Source: Thermoanaerobaculia bacterium
Lineage (GTDB): Bacteria; Acidobacteriota; Thermoanaerobaculia; Multivoradales; Multivoraceae
DNA: 64,000 nt
Direction of reading: 5' to 3'
Assembly: GCA_963666565.1 (NCBI GenBank)
Contig: OY762911.1
Location: forward strand, 4,352,001 to 4,416,000
Positions 1 to 11,291 of this stretch are shown in pieces. Positions within the stretch are counted from its first letter, which is position 1; the number at the start of each line of letters is the position of its first letter. Made by a program: the position numbers and the translations under genes. The notes under the pieces were generated by a model, which did not search any database, had not been told where the DNA came from, and saw only the letters and a program-made list of their open reading frames with translations.

Positions 1-2217
1 GCCGGCGGCCAGGACGACCTGTTCTTTGCCCAGGGCTGGAACGCGGCCCGCGACCGGCTGTGGCAGATCGACCTCTGGCGCCGGCGCGGCGAGGGGACGC
101 TCTCGGAGGTCTTCGGGCCCCGCTTCGTCGAGCAGGACCGGGCCGCCCGGCTGCTGCTCTACCGCGGCGACATGCACGCGGAGTGGCTCGCCTACGCCTC
201 GGACACGAAGCGGATCGTCACCGCCTGGACCCGCGGCGTCAATGCCTACGTTGACCTTGTGCTGAAGCGCCCCGACCTGATGCCGCCGGAGTTCGAGGCG
301 CTGGGCTACGAGCCGTCGCATTGGACGCCGGAGGCGGTGACCCGGATCCGCAGTCACGGTCTGCTGCGGAACGCAACGAGCGAGTTCTCCCGGGCGAGGT
401 TCCTGGCGGAGCACGGCGCCGCGGCGCTGGCGCTCCGCGACCGGTACCAACCGGACCATCGGCTCGAGGTACCGGAAGGTCTCGATCTCGCTGCTCTCAG
501 CACGGCGCCCAGGGCGCTGGACCTCTACCGGCTGGGCACCCGGGGCGTCCGCTTCAGCGACCTCGAGCCGGGCTTTCAGAACGAGGTCGACCCGGCATCC
601 CAGGGCAGCAACAACTGGGCGATCTCGCCGCGCCGCACCGCCACCGGCCGGCCACTGCTCGCGAACGACCCGCACCGCACACAGGCCGTGCCCTCGCTCC
701 GCTACATCGTCCACCTCAGTTCGCCGGACCTCGACCTGATCGGCGCCGGCGAGCCCGCGCTGCCCGGCATCTCGATCGGACACAACGGCACGATCGCCTT
801 CGGGCTGACCATCTTCAGCATCGACCAGGAAGACCTCTACGTCTACAGGACGAAGCCCGGCGAGCCCGACTTCTACGAGCACCGGGGCAACTGGCTGCCG
901 ATGGAGACGATCGAGGAGACGATCCCGGTTCGCGGCGGCCACGCCCGCACCATGGAGCTCCGCTTCACCCACCACGGCCCCGTGCTCTACCGGGACGCCG
1001 ACCGCGACCTGGCGATCGGTCTGCGCGCGGCCTGGCTGGAGCCCGGCATGGCGCCCTATCTCGGATCGATCGAGTACATCCGGGCGCGCAACTGGGACCA
1101 GTTCCTGGCCGCGATGAACCGCTGGGGAACGCCGTCCGAGAACCAGGTCTACGCCGACACGAACGGCAACATCGGCTGGAAGCCGGGCGGCCTGGCGCCG
1201 GTCCGGCCCAACTGGGACGGTCTGCTGCCGGTGCCGGGCGATGGCCGCTACGAGTGGAGCGGCTACCGGGACATGGACGAACTGCCGGTCGAGTTCAATC
1301 CGGAGCGCGGCTGGGTGGCGACCGCCAACGAGATGAACCTGCCCGCCGGCTACGACGTGCCGCTGGGCTGGGAGTGGGCCGGACCCTACCGGCAACAGCG
1401 AATCGCCGAGGTCCTGGACGCCAAGGACGCGATGACGGTCGAGGGCGCCGTCCGGCTCCAGACCGACTACGTCTCGATACCCGCGCGCCGTCTTCACGCG
1501 CTGCTGGGACGAGCGAGTCCGACACCGGAGGCCGGGCCGGCGCTCGAGCTGCTGGGCGGCTGGAACGCGGAGCTCGCCGCGGACAGCGCCGCGGCCGCCC
1601 TCTTCGAAGTCTGGTGGCGACGGCACCTCGAAGCCGAGGTCGGCCGGCGGATGGCGGCGGCCCTCGGGGCGGGCGAGGACCCGCTCCCGGTCCAGGACGA
1701 GCACCTGCTCCGGGTGCTCGAAGAGATGGATCCGAGGCTCGGCGACCGGCCGCGGCGGGCGCGCGACGAGGCGCTCCTCGACAGCCTGCGGGCCGCGTAC
1801 GTCGACGTCAGCGAGCGCCTGGGCCCTGACCCCGCCGCCTGGCGCTGGGGCGACCTGCACCGGATCGAACTGCGGCATCCGCTGTCGGCGCACCTGCCGG
1901 ACGACATCCGCCGGCTCGCCGACGTCGGCCCCGCGGAGCGCGGCGGCTCCGGCGACACGGTCGGCAACACGAGCTACGGCGACGACGTCAACCAGCGCTC
2001 CGGCGCCTCCTTCCGCATGGTCATCGACGTCGGCGACTGGGACGCCTCCGTGGCGATGAACAACCCCGGCCAGTCGGGCGATCCGCGCAGTCCGCACTAC
2101 AAGGACCTGTTCGAGCCGTGGGCGAACGACGAGGCGTTTCCCCTGCTCTACACCCGCCCCGCGATTCTGGAAGCGGCGGAGGCACGGATCGAACTGCTTC
2201 CCGCTCCCGGGGAGTAG
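1..2217 (+). CDS. Penicillin acylase family Ntn-hydrolase, 5'-truncated by the window edge
   Basis: Frame is open from base 1 ([28 protein letters not shown]). Beta-subunit start GSNNW, LLANDPH, and C-terminal [12 protein letters not shown] are present. Confidence 0.93.
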   Translation, partial: AGGQDDLFFAQGWNAARDRLWQIDLWRRRGEGTLSEVFGPRFVEQDRAARLLLYRGDMHAEWLAYASDTKRIVTAWTRGVNAYVDLVLKRPDLMPPEFEALGYEPSHWTPEAVTRIRSHGLLRNATSEFSRARFLAEHGAAALALRDRYQPDHRLEVPEGLDLAALSTAPRALDLYRLGTRGVRFSDLEPGFQNEVDPASQGSNNWAISPRRTATGRPLLANDPHRTQAVPSLRYIVHLSSPDLDLIGAGEPALPGISIGHNGTIAFGLTIFSIDQEDLYVYRTKPGEPDFYEHRGNWLPMETIEETIPVRGGHARTMELRFTHHGPVLYRDADRDLAIGLRAAWLEPGMAPYLGSIEYIRARNWDQFLAAMNRWGTPSENQVYADTNGNIGWKPGGLAPVRPNWDGLLPVPGDGRYEWSGYRDMDELPVEFNPERGWVATANEMNLPAGYDVPLGWEWAGPYRQQRIAEVLDAKDAMTVEGAVRLQTDYVSIPARRLHALLGRASPTPEAGPALELLGGWNAELAADSAAAALFEVWWRRHLEAEVGRRMAAALGAGEDPLPVQDEHLLRVLEEMDPRLGDRPRRARDEALLDSLRAAYVDVSERLGPDPAAWRWGDLHRIELRHPLSAHLPDDIRRLADVGPAERGGSGDTVGNTSYGDDVNQRSGASFRMVIDVGDWDASVAMNNPGQSGDPRSPHYKDLFEPWANDEAFPLLYTRPAILEAAEARIELLPAPGE

Positions 2218-2280
2218 CCAAACAGGCCCGGCAAACCGGGTTCGATCACCCGGGAGGCAAAGGAGCCGGCCTCCGGCCGG

Positions 2281-2332
2281 CGCGTCTTCCTGGCCGACTC
2301 CGGCGGGAGCGGGTCGGAAGACCCGCGCACCC
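2281..2332. repeat. REP-like palindromic element, extended form
   Basis: GCGGGTCGGAAGACCCGCGCACCC at 2309-2332 with a flanking CCGNCTCCGGCGG hairpin; the same element recurs across the window. Confidence 0.85.
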
Positions 2333-2397
2333 GGCGGAAGGCTGGCGCCGCTCCGCGACGACACCGGTAGAGGCGGTAGACTGCACGGCAATCCCGA

Positions 2398-2883
2398 ATG
2401 ACCGTCGTCACCAGAGCGCTCCGGGCCGCGGCCTTCACGTCGCTCGGCCTGACCGCGGCCGCGGCCGGCCAGTCCGAGGCCGCCCCAGGCACCGGCCCGG
2501 CAGACGATCAGGCGGTGGCCGCCGTCAATCCGACGCCCTACACGCAGGCCGCCGCGAAGAGGGGCCGCACCCACTACCTGCGCCACTGCCAGATCTGCCA
2601 CGGCTTCGACGGCCGCGCGCTCGAGAACATCGACTTCGAGGCCACCGACCTGACCGACCCCGATCGCTGGCGGTTCGGAACCACCGACGGCGACCTCTTC
2701 CGCAGCACGAAGTTCGGCGCCGGCCTCGACATGCCGCCCTTCGAGGCGGAACTCGACGACGAGGAGATCTGGGACCTCGTTCACTACCTCCGCAGCCTCG
2801 GCCCCGAGGAGTACCGCGCGGCGGCCGAACCGGAACCGGCCCCGCCCTCCGCCTCCGAAGACAGCGAGGAGAATCGACCATGA
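2398..2883 (+). CDS. Secreted monoheme c-type cytochrome
   Basis: Signal-like N-terminus, CQICH heme motif and distal MPPF methionine. Stop overlaps the next ATG (ATGA). Confidence 0.88.
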   Translation: MTVVTRALRAAAFTSLGLTAAAAGQSEAAPGTGPADDQAVAAVNPTPYTQAAAKRGRTHYLRHCQICHGFDGRALENIDFEATDLTDPDRWRFGTTDGDLFRSTKFGAGLDMPPFEAELDDEEIWDLVHYLRSLGPEEYRAAAEPEPAPPSASEDSEENRP

Positions 2884-4910
2884 GCAGACCCCAACGACCG
2901 TCGCGCACGCCCAATCCCGCACCATCCGCCGCGGACGCTGCCGGCGCCGAGACGGCGCAACCGGTCGACGAAACCACCCGCGCCGACTCCGGCCTCTCGC
3001 GCCGCCGCTTCGTCGCCTCCGGCGCCGCCAGTGCCGCCGGCGTCGGCGCCGCGGCCCTGTTCGCGCAGCAGGCCCGGGCCGCCGCCGCGGACCGCGAGGA
3101 TCGGCCGATCGGCATTCCCGACGAGATCCCGCGCACCCGGAACGAAGCGCCGGACCCGGCCGAGTTCCCGATGAACGGCGCCCAGGTCTTCGCCCGGGCC
3201 TGCGCCGACGAGGGCCTCGAGGCGCTGTTCTGCGCGCCCGGCAACTACCAGGTCATCAACGCGATCGCCGCCGAGGGCATCCCCACCTACGGCGGCCGCA
3301 CCGAGGGCAGCATGTGCGCCGCCGCCGACGGCTTCATCCGGGTCACCGGCGAGGTCGCCGCCTGCTCGGGCACCGAGGGGCCGGGCTTCACGAACATGAT
3401 CATGAACATCGGCGCCGCCAACGCGGCCCGCACGCCGCTGCTGGTGCTGGCGAGCAACATGACGGTCGGCGGCGACGACACGGAACGCGGCATCCAGCGC
3501 GGCTACCAGCAGCCGACGACGGTCGGCATGAAGAAGTACGGCAAGCGGCTGATCACCCCGAACCGGATCCACGAGTACGCTGCCTACGCCTTCCGCCACC
3601 TTCGCACCGGCGTGCCGCGGCCGGTCCACCTCGACTTCACGGGCGAGGTGGCGCGCGCCCGGTTCGACTCCCCCGACGACCTGCTGTACTACCACGACAG
3701 GGGCACGTACCGCACCGATTCCCTGCCCCATCCCTCGAAGGTCGACACGGAGAAGGCGGTCGAGATGATCCGCAAGGCCGAGCGGCCGATCGTCGTCGCC
3801 TCGACCGGCGTCTTCTACGACCGGGCCTGGGACGTGCTGCGCACCGTCGCCGAACGGGCCGACATCGCGGTCGTCGAGTCCGGGCCGATGCGTGGGCACT
3901 TCCCGGACAGCCACCCCTTGTCGGTCAGCACCGGTCCCGACGCGCTCCTCTCGGCCGACCTCGTCATCTTCGTGGGCCAGTACTCGATGCCCAACGTCGG
4001 CGAGGTCGCCTTCGACCCGGACGCGAAGGTGATCCGCATCGACCCGGACGCGGCGGACATCGGCCGCAACCTGCCGGTGGATCTCGGCCTCGTCGCCAGC
4101 GCGCGCGGCGGCCTGGAGGCGCTCGCGGAAGCGCTGCCGCCTGCCTCGCGCCCGGCCTGGCGCGCCGAACTCGCCGCCGCCCGCGACGCGTTCGAGAAGC
4201 AGAACGCCGAGTGGTACGAGCTCGGGCTGAAGCACAGCGCCGCCACGGACACGATCCATCCGGCGGTCATCGCGCAGGAACTCTCATCATTCCTCTACTC
4301 CGGCGACCTGCCGAAGGAGCAGACGACGGTCGTCTCGGGCGGCTACGGCATCGCCCGCTACACCCGGCGCTGGCTGCGCGCCCACCGCCCGGGTCAGATC
4401 CTGAACGGCGCCTACCAGTACGGCGCGATCGGACCCGACGTCGGCTACACGGTCGGCGCCGGCGCCGCGGTGATGAACGGCGTCGGCCCGCAGGAACCGT
4501 ACCGCGGCGCGCCCGTGTTCGGGATCACCGGCGACGCCGGCATGGGCTACTCCGGAATGGAGTTCGAGACCCTGGCGAAGTACAGGATCCCGGCGGTGAT
4601 GATCGTCTACAACAACAACGCCTGGGGCGTCTACGGATCGGCCCGCCGCGCCACGCGGTCGATGCACATGTACCTCTTCCAGGAGAACTTGCGCTACGAC
4701 AAGATCGCCGAGGGCCTGGGCGCCCGCGGCGAGTACGTCACCTCCCCCGAACAACTCCGCGAAGCCCTGCCCCGCAGCTACGAGATGGCCGCCAACGACG
4801 GCGTCTCCACCCTCATCAACTGCCAGGCCATCAAGGAGTTCTGGACCAACGAGTACCCGCCCGGCCTGCCCCGCAAGGTCGAACCCGGCTGCATGGCGTA
4901 CTACCACTGA
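2880..4910 (+). CDS. Thiamine diphosphate-dependent enzyme (acetolactate synthase / 2-hydroxyacyl-CoA lyase-like) with twin-arginine signal
   Basis: RTEG catalytic Glu, GPGFTN, GDAG...NNN ThDP/Mg motif, and LSRRRFV...AQQARA Tat-type leader. ATG at 2880 is coupled to the cytochrome gene. Confidence 0.88.
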   Translation: MSRPQRPSRTPNPAPSAADAAGAETAQPVDETTRADSGLSRRRFVASGAASAAGVGAAALFAQQARAAAADREDRPIGIPDEIPRTRNEAPDPAEFPMNGAQVFARACADEGLEALFCAPGNYQVINAIAAEGIPTYGGRTEGSMCAAADGFIRVTGEVAACSGTEGPGFTNMIMNIGAANAARTPLLVLASNMTVGGDDTERGIQRGYQQPTTVGMKKYGKRLITPNRIHEYAAYAFRHLRTGVPRPVHLDFTGEVARARFDSPDDLLYYHDRGTYRTDSLPHPSKVDTEKAVEMIRKAERPIVVASTGVFYDRAWDVLRTVAERADIAVVESGPMRGHFPDSHPLSVSTGPDALLSADLVIFVGQYSMPNVGEVAFDPDAKVIRIDPDAADIGRNLPVDLGLVASARGGLEALAEALPPASRPAWRAELAAARDAFEKQNAEWYELGLKHSAATDTIHPAVIAQELSSFLYSGDLPKEQTTVVSGGYGIARYTRRWLRAHRPGQILNGAYQYGAIGPDVGYTVGAGAAVMNGVGPQEPYRGAPVFGITGDAGMGYSGMEFETLAKYRIPAVMIVYNNNAWGVYGSARRATRSMHMYLFQENLRYDKIAEGLGARGEYVTSPEQLREALPRSYEMAANDGVSTLINCQAIKEFWTNEYPPGLPRKVEPGCMAYYH

Positions 4911-4914
4911 ACCC

Positions 4915-5087
4915 GCACGGGCGGGCTCTGGGGGAGGGTCCCAGGGGACGCTCGCCCTCACGGAGAAGGGGGGACGCATGGGCTCGCTGTTGTCGACTGC
5001 GCTCCAAGGCGGCGTCGGTTCCTGTGAGGACGTTGGAAGTCGCTTGTCTCCGACCCCCTGGGACCCTCCCCCAGAGCCCGCCCGTGC
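4915..5087. mobile_element. MITE-like element with 33-bp perfect terminal inverted repeats
   Basis: GCACGGGCGGGCTCTGGGGGAGGGTCCCAGGGG at 4915-4947 is the exact reverse complement of 5055-5087; the interior is non-coding. Confidence 0.6.
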
Positions 5088-5132
5088 TGGTCGGCGGCGG
5101 ACTACGGATGGTTAGCCGGTGGGGAAGAGGCT

Positions 5133-5197
5133 GGGTGCGCGGGTCTTCTGACCCGCTGCCGCCGGAGGCGGCCAGAAAATCGCGCCGCGAAGCGGCG
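5133..5197. repeat. REP-like element, extended three-hairpin form
   Basis: GGGTGCGCGGGTCTTCTGACCCGC followed by CCGCCGGAGGCGG and CGCCGCGAAGCGGCG; near-identical to the copy starting at about 25991. Confidence 0.85.
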
Positions 5198-5243
5198 ACC
5201 GCATTGCGCACGACCGAATCGTCACGAGAACTGGTGGATTGAC

Positions 5244-5717
5244 ATGACCCCGCCGCGAGAAACCGTGCTGAGCTCTTTGCGGGAGTACGCGGATCGGGGT
5301 GTGTTCCGCGGATTCGGAGCCAGTGAGGGTCGACGAGGCAATCTGGAGTGCCGGTTCCTGTGGCATGCGCCCGATCCGCATCGGTTGCGGTTCGAGCCGC
5401 GACGTAGTGCGCTCGTCTTCGTCGATCTGTTGCCGGGAGTACCCTATCCGTCGGACATGGATCGCGAACTCCGCAGGTTCGTTGCCGGACGATCGAATGC
5501 CGACCTGCCTGCCCACCGCCGGATCGACCCGGCGAAGGCGAGCTGCCGTTGCCGGAACCGGGCCGGGAAGGTGTCGATCGAGGTCCGTTGCTTGGACGGG
5601 GACTACGAGTACGTAGCCGGCAAAGCCGTCAAGCTGGTCAACGAGATCTTCCTGAACTTCCTTGCCGGCCCGTACGACGGCTACATGATCGAGCGCTTCG
5701 GCGCTCCGGAGGAGTGA
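5244..5717 (+). CDS. Hypothetical protein
   Basis: 157-aa ORF with normal composition filling the gap; no motif recognised. Confidence 0.7.
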   Translation: MTPPRETVLSSLREYADRGVFRGFGASEGRRGNLECRFLWHAPDPHRLRFEPRRSALVFVDLLPGVPYPSDMDRELRRFVAGRSNADLPAHRRIDPAKASCRCRNRAGKVSIEVRCLDGDYEYVAGKAVKLVNEIFLNFLAGPYDGYMIERFGAPEE

Positions 5718-5792
5718 CCTCCTCCCGGCATTTCCGCCCGAGCCAGGCGCTACACTGGCAGGCACCGCCAACAGCAGGAGAGGAGTCCCGAA

Positions 5793-6200
5793 ATGCACCT
5801 GGCCGATCTGAACTGGCTCGCCGTCGTCGTGTCCGCCGTCGCTTTCTACGCTCTGGGCGCGCTCTGGTACACCGCCATCTTCGGCAAGGCGTGGGCCGCC
5901 GAGATGGGCATCGACATGGAGAACCCGCCCGAGACCAACATGGTCAAGACGATGGGCGGCACGTTCGTCCTGGAATTGATCGCCGCGATCGTGATGGGCA
6001 TGCTCCTGGCCGAACTCGGCGCCGACAACTACATGGCCGGGCTTCACACCGGCCTCCTCGTCGGGCTCGGGATCACGTCCGTGCTGCTCGGGGTCAACTA
6101 CCTGCACGAACAGCGCTCGATGAAGTTCTGGCTGATCAACGCCGGCCACATCACGGTCGGCCTCGGGATCGTCGGCGCGATCCAGGGGGCCTGGCAGTAG
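5793..6200 (+). CDS. DUF1761-like four-TM membrane protein
   Basis: RBS AGGAG; NWLAVVV...GALWY...FGKAW and INAGH patterns with four hydrophobic segments. Confidence 0.85.
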   Translation: MHLADLNWLAVVVSAVAFYALGALWYTAIFGKAWAAEMGIDMENPPETNMVKTMGGTFVLELIAAIVMGMLLAELGADNYMAGLHTGLLVGLGITSVLLGVNYLHEQRSMKFWLINAGHITVGLGIVGAIQGAWQ

Positions 6201-6340
6201 GCGCGGGCGCCCACACGCAGCCCGGCGGCCGAGCGGCCGGTGGGCACCGATCAGGACGTGGATCGCGCAGCGGCAAGCCGGGCCCGGATCGCCGGACCCC
6301 GGCCGCGGAACCGGCGCAGGCACTGAGACAGAATCGGGCG

Positions 6341-8206
6341 ATGTCGCCATCGGGTCAGGGTCCTCGCGCTCGACGGAGCTGGCTGCGGCTCGGGCTTCTC
6401 GGCGTCCTGGCGACCGGTTGCTCGGTGCCGCCCGACGCCGGGCCGGGAACGGCGGAACCGCGCGACGGCAGCCTGGCGGCCCCGCCCGCCGTCCGGTTCG
6501 TCGACGTGACGGCCGAGAGCGGCATCGACTACACCCTGCCGAGCGGCACGGACTCCACCTACCCGATGCCCGCGGTGATGGGCGGCGGTCTCGCCGTGTT
6601 CGACGCGGACGGCGACGGCGACCTCGATCTGTACTTCATCGCCCCGGCCGCTCCCGAGATCCCGGCTGGCGTGTCCGCGCGAGACGCGCGAACCGGTTCG
6701 GCGGACCCCGTCGCGGCAGCCGGCGGCAACCGCTTCTACCTGCAGCAGGAAGACGGCCGGTTCAGCGACGCCACGGCGGCCGCCGGACTGGAAGGCAACG
6801 GCATGGGTTGCGCCGTCGGCGACCTGGACAACGACGGCGACCTCGATCTCTACGTGACCCGCGTCGGGCCGGATCGGCTGCTGATCAACGACGGCGACGG
6901 CGCCTTCGCCGACCGCACCGAGGCCTGGAACGCGGCCGTTCCCGGCTGGTCCTCCTCCGCCGCGCTGCTCGACTACGACCGGGACGGCTACCTCGACATC
7001 TACGTCGCCCGCTACGTCGCGTTCGACCCGGCCCGCGTCTGCTCACAGCACGGCGGACGGCGGGACTTCTGCGGCCCCACCGAGTTCGCGGGCCTGAGCG
7101 ACGTGCTGCTCCGCAACCTGGGCGGCAGCGGGTTCGAGGATGTGAGCGCCGCCGCCGGCTTCGCGGCCGTCGAGGATGCCGGCCTGGGCGTCCTCGCCGC
7201 CGACTTCGACCACGACGGCGAGGTGGACATCTACGTCGCCAACGACGCCGATCCGAACAACCTCTGGATCCACCAGGGCGGCGGGCGCTTCCTGGACGAC
7301 GGCGTCCTTCAGGGCGCAGCGTTCAACCGCTGGGGCAACAGCGAGGCAGGAATGGGCATCGCGGCCGGCGACGCGGACCTCGACCTGGACGTCGACCTGT
7401 TCGTGACCCACCTGATCACGGAGACGAACACCTACTACCGCAACCTCATGCTGCCCGGCTTCGAGGACGCGACGATCGACACGGAACTCGGCGCCGCGAG
7501 CCTCGATCTGACCGGCTTCGGCGCCGCCTTCTTCGACGCCGAAAACGACGGCGACCTCGATCTGGCGGTGGCGAACGGGGCCGTGAAGCGGCGGCCGTCC
7601 GCGCTGGCCACGCCCGGCGGCGCGACCGCCCCATTCCCCTTCTGGTCCGACTACGTGGAGCCGAACCTGCTCCTGCTCAACGACAGCGGCCGCTTCGTCG
7701 ACGCCTCCTCCGAGCCGCCGTGGCCAGAACTCGGCCTCAGCCGGGCACTCGTACCCGCCGATCTCGACGGTGACGGCGACCTCGATCTCGTCGTCGCGAA
7801 CCTGGACGGACCGCCCCAGGTGCTGCGCAACCTGACGATCGACGATGGCGCCGCGGCCGAGTCGGCAGGCGCCGTTCCTTCCTCGATCGGCGCCTCCACG
7901 GACGCCGACGCGAAAGCGGACAACTCGAACTGGCTGCGGGTCCGCGCGTTCGATCCCAGGCTGCGCCGCGAGGCGATCGGCGCCCGGATCACGGTCCAGA
8001 CGCCGGATGGCGCGCGGCTCGTTCACGCACTGTCGCCCGGCAGCTACCTCTCCGCCGGGCCCGCCACGGCGCACCTCGGCCTCGGCGCTGCCGACGCCGT
8101 CCAGGGCTTCGAGGTCGTCTGGCCCGACGGCCTCGTCGAGCGCTTCCCCGGCGTAGCCGCCAACCAGGTCGTCGAGCTCATCCGCGGCGATGGGCGGGGC
8201 AGATGA
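6341..8206 (+). CDS. CRTAC1 / ASPIC-UnbV family FG-GAP repeat lipoprotein
   Basis: Lipobox-like LATGC, repeated DxDxDGDxD motifs, and C-terminal AIGARI...SYLS...HLGLG...VVWPDG UnbV domain. Confidence 0.9.
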   Translation: MSPSGQGPRARRSWLRLGLLGVLATGCSVPPDAGPGTAEPRDGSLAAPPAVRFVDVTAESGIDYTLPSGTDSTYPMPAVMGGGLAVFDADGDGDLDLYFIAPAAPEIPAGVSARDARTGSADPVAAAGGNRFYLQQEDGRFSDATAAAGLEGNGMGCAVGDLDNDGDLDLYVTRVGPDRLLINDGDGAFADRTEAWNAAVPGWSSSAALLDYDRDGYLDIYVARYVAFDPARVCSQHGGRRDFCGPTEFAGLSDVLLRNLGGSGFEDVSAAAGFAAVEDAGLGVLAADFDHDGEVDIYVANDADPNNLWIHQGGGRFLDDGVLQGAAFNRWGNSEAGMGIAAGDADLDLDVDLFVTHLITETNTYYRNLMLPGFEDATIDTELGAASLDLTGFGAAFFDAENDGDLDLAVANGAVKRRPSALATPGGATAPFPFWSDYVEPNLLLLNDSGRFVDASSEPPWPELGLSRALVPADLDGDGDLDLVVANLDGPPQVLRNLTIDDGAAAESAGAVPSSIGASTDADAKADNSNWLRVRAFDPRLRREAIGARITVQTPDGARLVHALSPGSYLSAGPATAHLGLGAADAVQGFEVVWPDGLVERFPGVAANQVVELIRGDGRGR

Positions 8207-9486
8207 CCCCAGCGCTCACCTTCATCCTCGCCGGTGCCGTTCTCGTCGCCCAGGAGATCCCCACGCCCCGGCTCGACGGCGCCGAACCCGCCGTCCGCCA
8301 GCGACTCGCCTCTCTCCAGGCAGACCTCCGCGCGAACTCCGGGAACGGGGACGCCTGGGGCCGGTACGGCATGACCCTCGAAGCCCACACCTTCACCGAC
8401 GAAGCGATCGCCGCCTACCGGCAGGCCCACGAACTCTCGCCGCGGACGTTCCACTGGCCCTACCTGCTCGCCGCCCTGGTCGACGAGCGCTCGGCCGCGG
8501 ACAGCCTTCCGCTCTACGAGGCGGCCCTCGACCTCGACTCCGACTACGCACCCGCCCACGTCCGCTACGCCGAGGCCCTGGAACGCACGGGCCAGTTCGA
8601 CACCGCCAACCAGGAGTACGCGCAAGCGGTCCGACTCGACCCGGCCAACGCCCACGCCCACGCCGGCCTCGGCCGCCTCGCGCTCGCCGCCGGCGATCCC
8701 GCCGCGGCCGCCCGGCACCTGACCCGGGCCCACGAACTCGCGCCCGAGAACCGCTCGTTCGCCGTCACCCTGGCCCAAGCGCATGCACGCGCCGGAGACC
8801 GCGAGCGTGGGCAGCAGATCGCCGCCGCCGCGCGCTCGCTGGGACGAATCAACTACCGCAACGATCCAGTCCGTTCGAGCGTCCACGACCTGGCGCTCGA
8901 CGCCCGAAGCTACCTGCGGCGCGCCAACGCCCACCGCGTCCACGGCGAACTCGACCTCGCACGGCGCGAACTCCGGACGGGCATCGATGTCGACGCGTCA
9001 AGGCCCGAACTCCACTTCGCTCTGGCCGAGGTGCTCGCAGCCTCGGGCGATCCGGCGGGCTCGCTCGCGGCCGCGCGCCGCGCGTACGAACTGCACCCGG
9101 AACTCGAAGGCGTCGCGCCGTTCCTGGCGCGAGCGCTCTTTCAGACCGGCGACCTGAGCGGAGCGCTGGCCATGGCCGAAGAGGCCCTGCGACTCGACGC
9201 CGGCGACGTCAGCATGATGCTGCTCATAGCCCTCATCAGCGCCGAGCGTGGCGACGTCGTCCGCACCGTCGAGGTTCTCGACCGCGCCTACCAGGCGCGG
9301 CCTCAGGATTCGCCCACCCGCGAAGGCCTGATCCAGTTGCTCTCGAACGTCGGCGAAGCGATGGTCGGCAGCGGCCTGCCGGACGCCGCCGCCGAGCAGT
9401 TCGAGAAAGCGCTCGACCTGGCCGAGGAAGCGGCCAGCCCCGAGGCGGCCGGACTTCGCCGGCAACTCGCTCAGGTCCGCCGCTAG
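8203..9486 (+). CDS. Tetratricopeptide repeat protein, secreted
   Basis: Multiple TPR-like helical pairs (A..LDP...AH..LG); ATGA overlap with the upstream gene. Confidence 0.88.
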   Translation: MTPALTFILAGAVLVAQEIPTPRLDGAEPAVRQRLASLQADLRANSGNGDAWGRYGMTLEAHTFTDEAIAAYRQAHELSPRTFHWPYLLAALVDERSAADSLPLYEAALDLDSDYAPAHVRYAEALERTGQFDTANQEYAQAVRLDPANAHAHAGLGRLALAAGDPAAAARHLTRAHELAPENRSFAVTLAQAHARAGDRERGQQIAAAARSLGRINYRNDPVRSSVHDLALDARSYLRRANAHRVHGELDLARRELRTGIDVDASRPELHFALAEVLAASGDPAGSLAAARRAYELHPELEGVAPFLARALFQTGDLSGALAMAEEALRLDAGDVSMMLLIALISAERGDVVRTVEVLDRAYQARPQDSPTREGLIQLLSNVGEAMVGSGLPDAAAEQFEKALDLAEEAASPEAAGLRRQLAQVRR

Positions 9487-9558
9487 GCGCGAGAATCCTG
9501 GCATGCGTGTTGCTCTCCAGTACCCTGTGCTGACCAGCAAGAGAACAGGGATGTCTCG

Positions 9559-11229
9559 ATGAGGCTCGGTTCCGCAGCCGCTGTCACCTTCTGCATCGCA
9601 GCCGTCCCCGTTTGGGGACAGGAGACCCCGCTGCCGGAGCTCTTCTCCGACACGATCGACGTCCGCGTGGTCAACGTCGAGGTGGTCGTCACGGACGGGA
9701 GCGGCAACCGGGTACAAGGCCTGGACGCGACAGATTTCGAGCTTCGGGTGGACGGCGAGAGCGTACCGGTCGAGTACTTCACGGAGGTCGACGGGGGAAT
9801 CGCCCGGGCGAGCGGACAGGGGGACGCGGCGGGGACGGTGTCTTCCCTCGTAGCCGGCGAGCCGGTGCGCACGAACTACCTCGTCTTCATCGACGAGTAC
9901 TTCGCGGTCAGACGGGACCGTGACCGGGTACTGGCGCGGCTGGAGCAGGACCTGATGAAACTCGGTGCGAACGATCGCGTGGCCCTGGTCGCGTTCGACG
10001 GCCAGAACGTCACTGAGCTGACGGACTGGACCGACTCGCGGGACGTACTCCGCGACGCTCTCGGCGTGGCGCGCAAGCGCGACGCCCTGGGCATCATGCG
10101 AATCGTGGACATCGAACCGGCCGTTGTCGAACCGACACTGGCGGACCGGACATCGCAGGCTCTCGTCCGCTCCCGCGAAGGTATCCGGCGGGCAATGTCG
10201 ACGCTGCATCTGAACAAGCGGGAGCGTGAGATTCAACAGTCCGTCCTCGCCGCCACGGCCACCCTCCGGAGCTACGCCGATCCGCCGGGGCGCAAGGTGA
10301 TGCTCGTACTGACGGACGGCTGGGGCGTACCCGAGTGGAACAGGGACAACTTCGATCAGGTCGACTGGCGGCCTCCGAGCATCGAGAGCATCTACGGCCC
10401 CCTCGTCCACGCCGCCAACCTGGTCGGCTACACGCTCTACCCCGTCGACCTTCCAGGGCTCGATCCGGCCTTCACGAACGCCCCCGCCGGAACCAGCGAC
10501 CCTTCCGCGACGTACACACCAAGTCCGAGCCTGGGGCTGGAACCGAACCTCTCCGCCCTGCCGACCGATCTGTACAGCGAATGGTCCCAGGAAGCCTCTC
10601 TGGGCTATCTCGCCCGCGAGACCGGCGGCCTGCCGATGATCAACGCCTTTCGCGACGTCGCCCTGGCCGAGGCCGCGGCCGACACCCGGTCCTACTACTG
10701 GCTCGGATTCGAACCGCCTCGCAACGAGGACGACACGCTCCACGACATCGAAGTGCAACTGGTTGGCCGTTCCGATCTTCGTGTCAGATCGAGGCGGAGC
10801 TATCTCGATCTGTCGAAGAGCACTGAAGTGACGATGATGGTCGAGGGATCGCTGCTGTTCGGCGGCGTAGCGGGAAAGGAAACGCTGACGGTCGAGTTCG
10901 GCGCCCCGCAACCCGCCCGGGGCCGGAAGATCCTGGTGCCGATGAAGGTGTTCATTCCGCTCGACGACATCACCCTCCTCCCGATGGGCGACCTGTGGAT
11001 GAACGAGGTCGAGTTGCGCGTCAGCGTGATCAACGAGTCCGGCGACCGCTCCGAGACGCCGGTCGAGACGGTCCGCATCTCAGGCCCGACGGAACCGGAG
11101 CCCGGCCAGCACTGGTGGTACACGACGGAACTGGTGCTCCGAAAGCGGGAACACCGCATTGTCGTGGCCGTCCACGACCCGGTGAGCGGCACGATCCTGT
11201 CTGCCAGCGAAACGATCGGGCCGAGGTAG
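9559..11229 (+). CDS. VWA-domain protein (acidobacterial VWFA-related type)
   Basis: Signal peptide; VRVVNVEVVVTD, GRKVMLVLTDG, LARETGG, SYYWLGF motifs. Confidence 0.88.
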   Translation: MRLGSAAAVTFCIAAVPVWGQETPLPELFSDTIDVRVVNVEVVVTDGSGNRVQGLDATDFELRVDGESVPVEYFTEVDGGIARASGQGDAAGTVSSLVAGEPVRTNYLVFIDEYFAVRRDRDRVLARLEQDLMKLGANDRVALVAFDGQNVTELTDWTDSRDVLRDALGVARKRDALGIMRIVDIEPAVVEPTLADRTSQALVRSREGIRRAMSTLHLNKREREIQQSVLAATATLRSYADPPGRKVMLVLTDGWGVPEWNRDNFDQVDWRPPSIESIYGPLVHAANLVGYTLYPVDLPGLDPAFTNAPAGTSDPSATYTPSPSLGLEPNLSALPTDLYSEWSQEASLGYLARETGGLPMINAFRDVALAEAAADTRSYYWLGFEPPRNEDDTLHDIEVQLVGRSDLRVRSRRSYLDLSKSTEVTMMVEGSLLFGGVAGKETLTVEFGAPQPARGRKILVPMKVFIPLDDITLLPMGDLWMNEVELRVSVINESGDRSETPVETVRISGPTEPEPGQHWWYTTELVLRKREHRIVVAVHDPVSGTILSASETIGPR

Positions 11230-11291
11230 ACATGAGAAAGCCCGGTCTGTTCGCGAAGAGCGCGAGCACCGAGAAAACGAGAGGTAACCTG

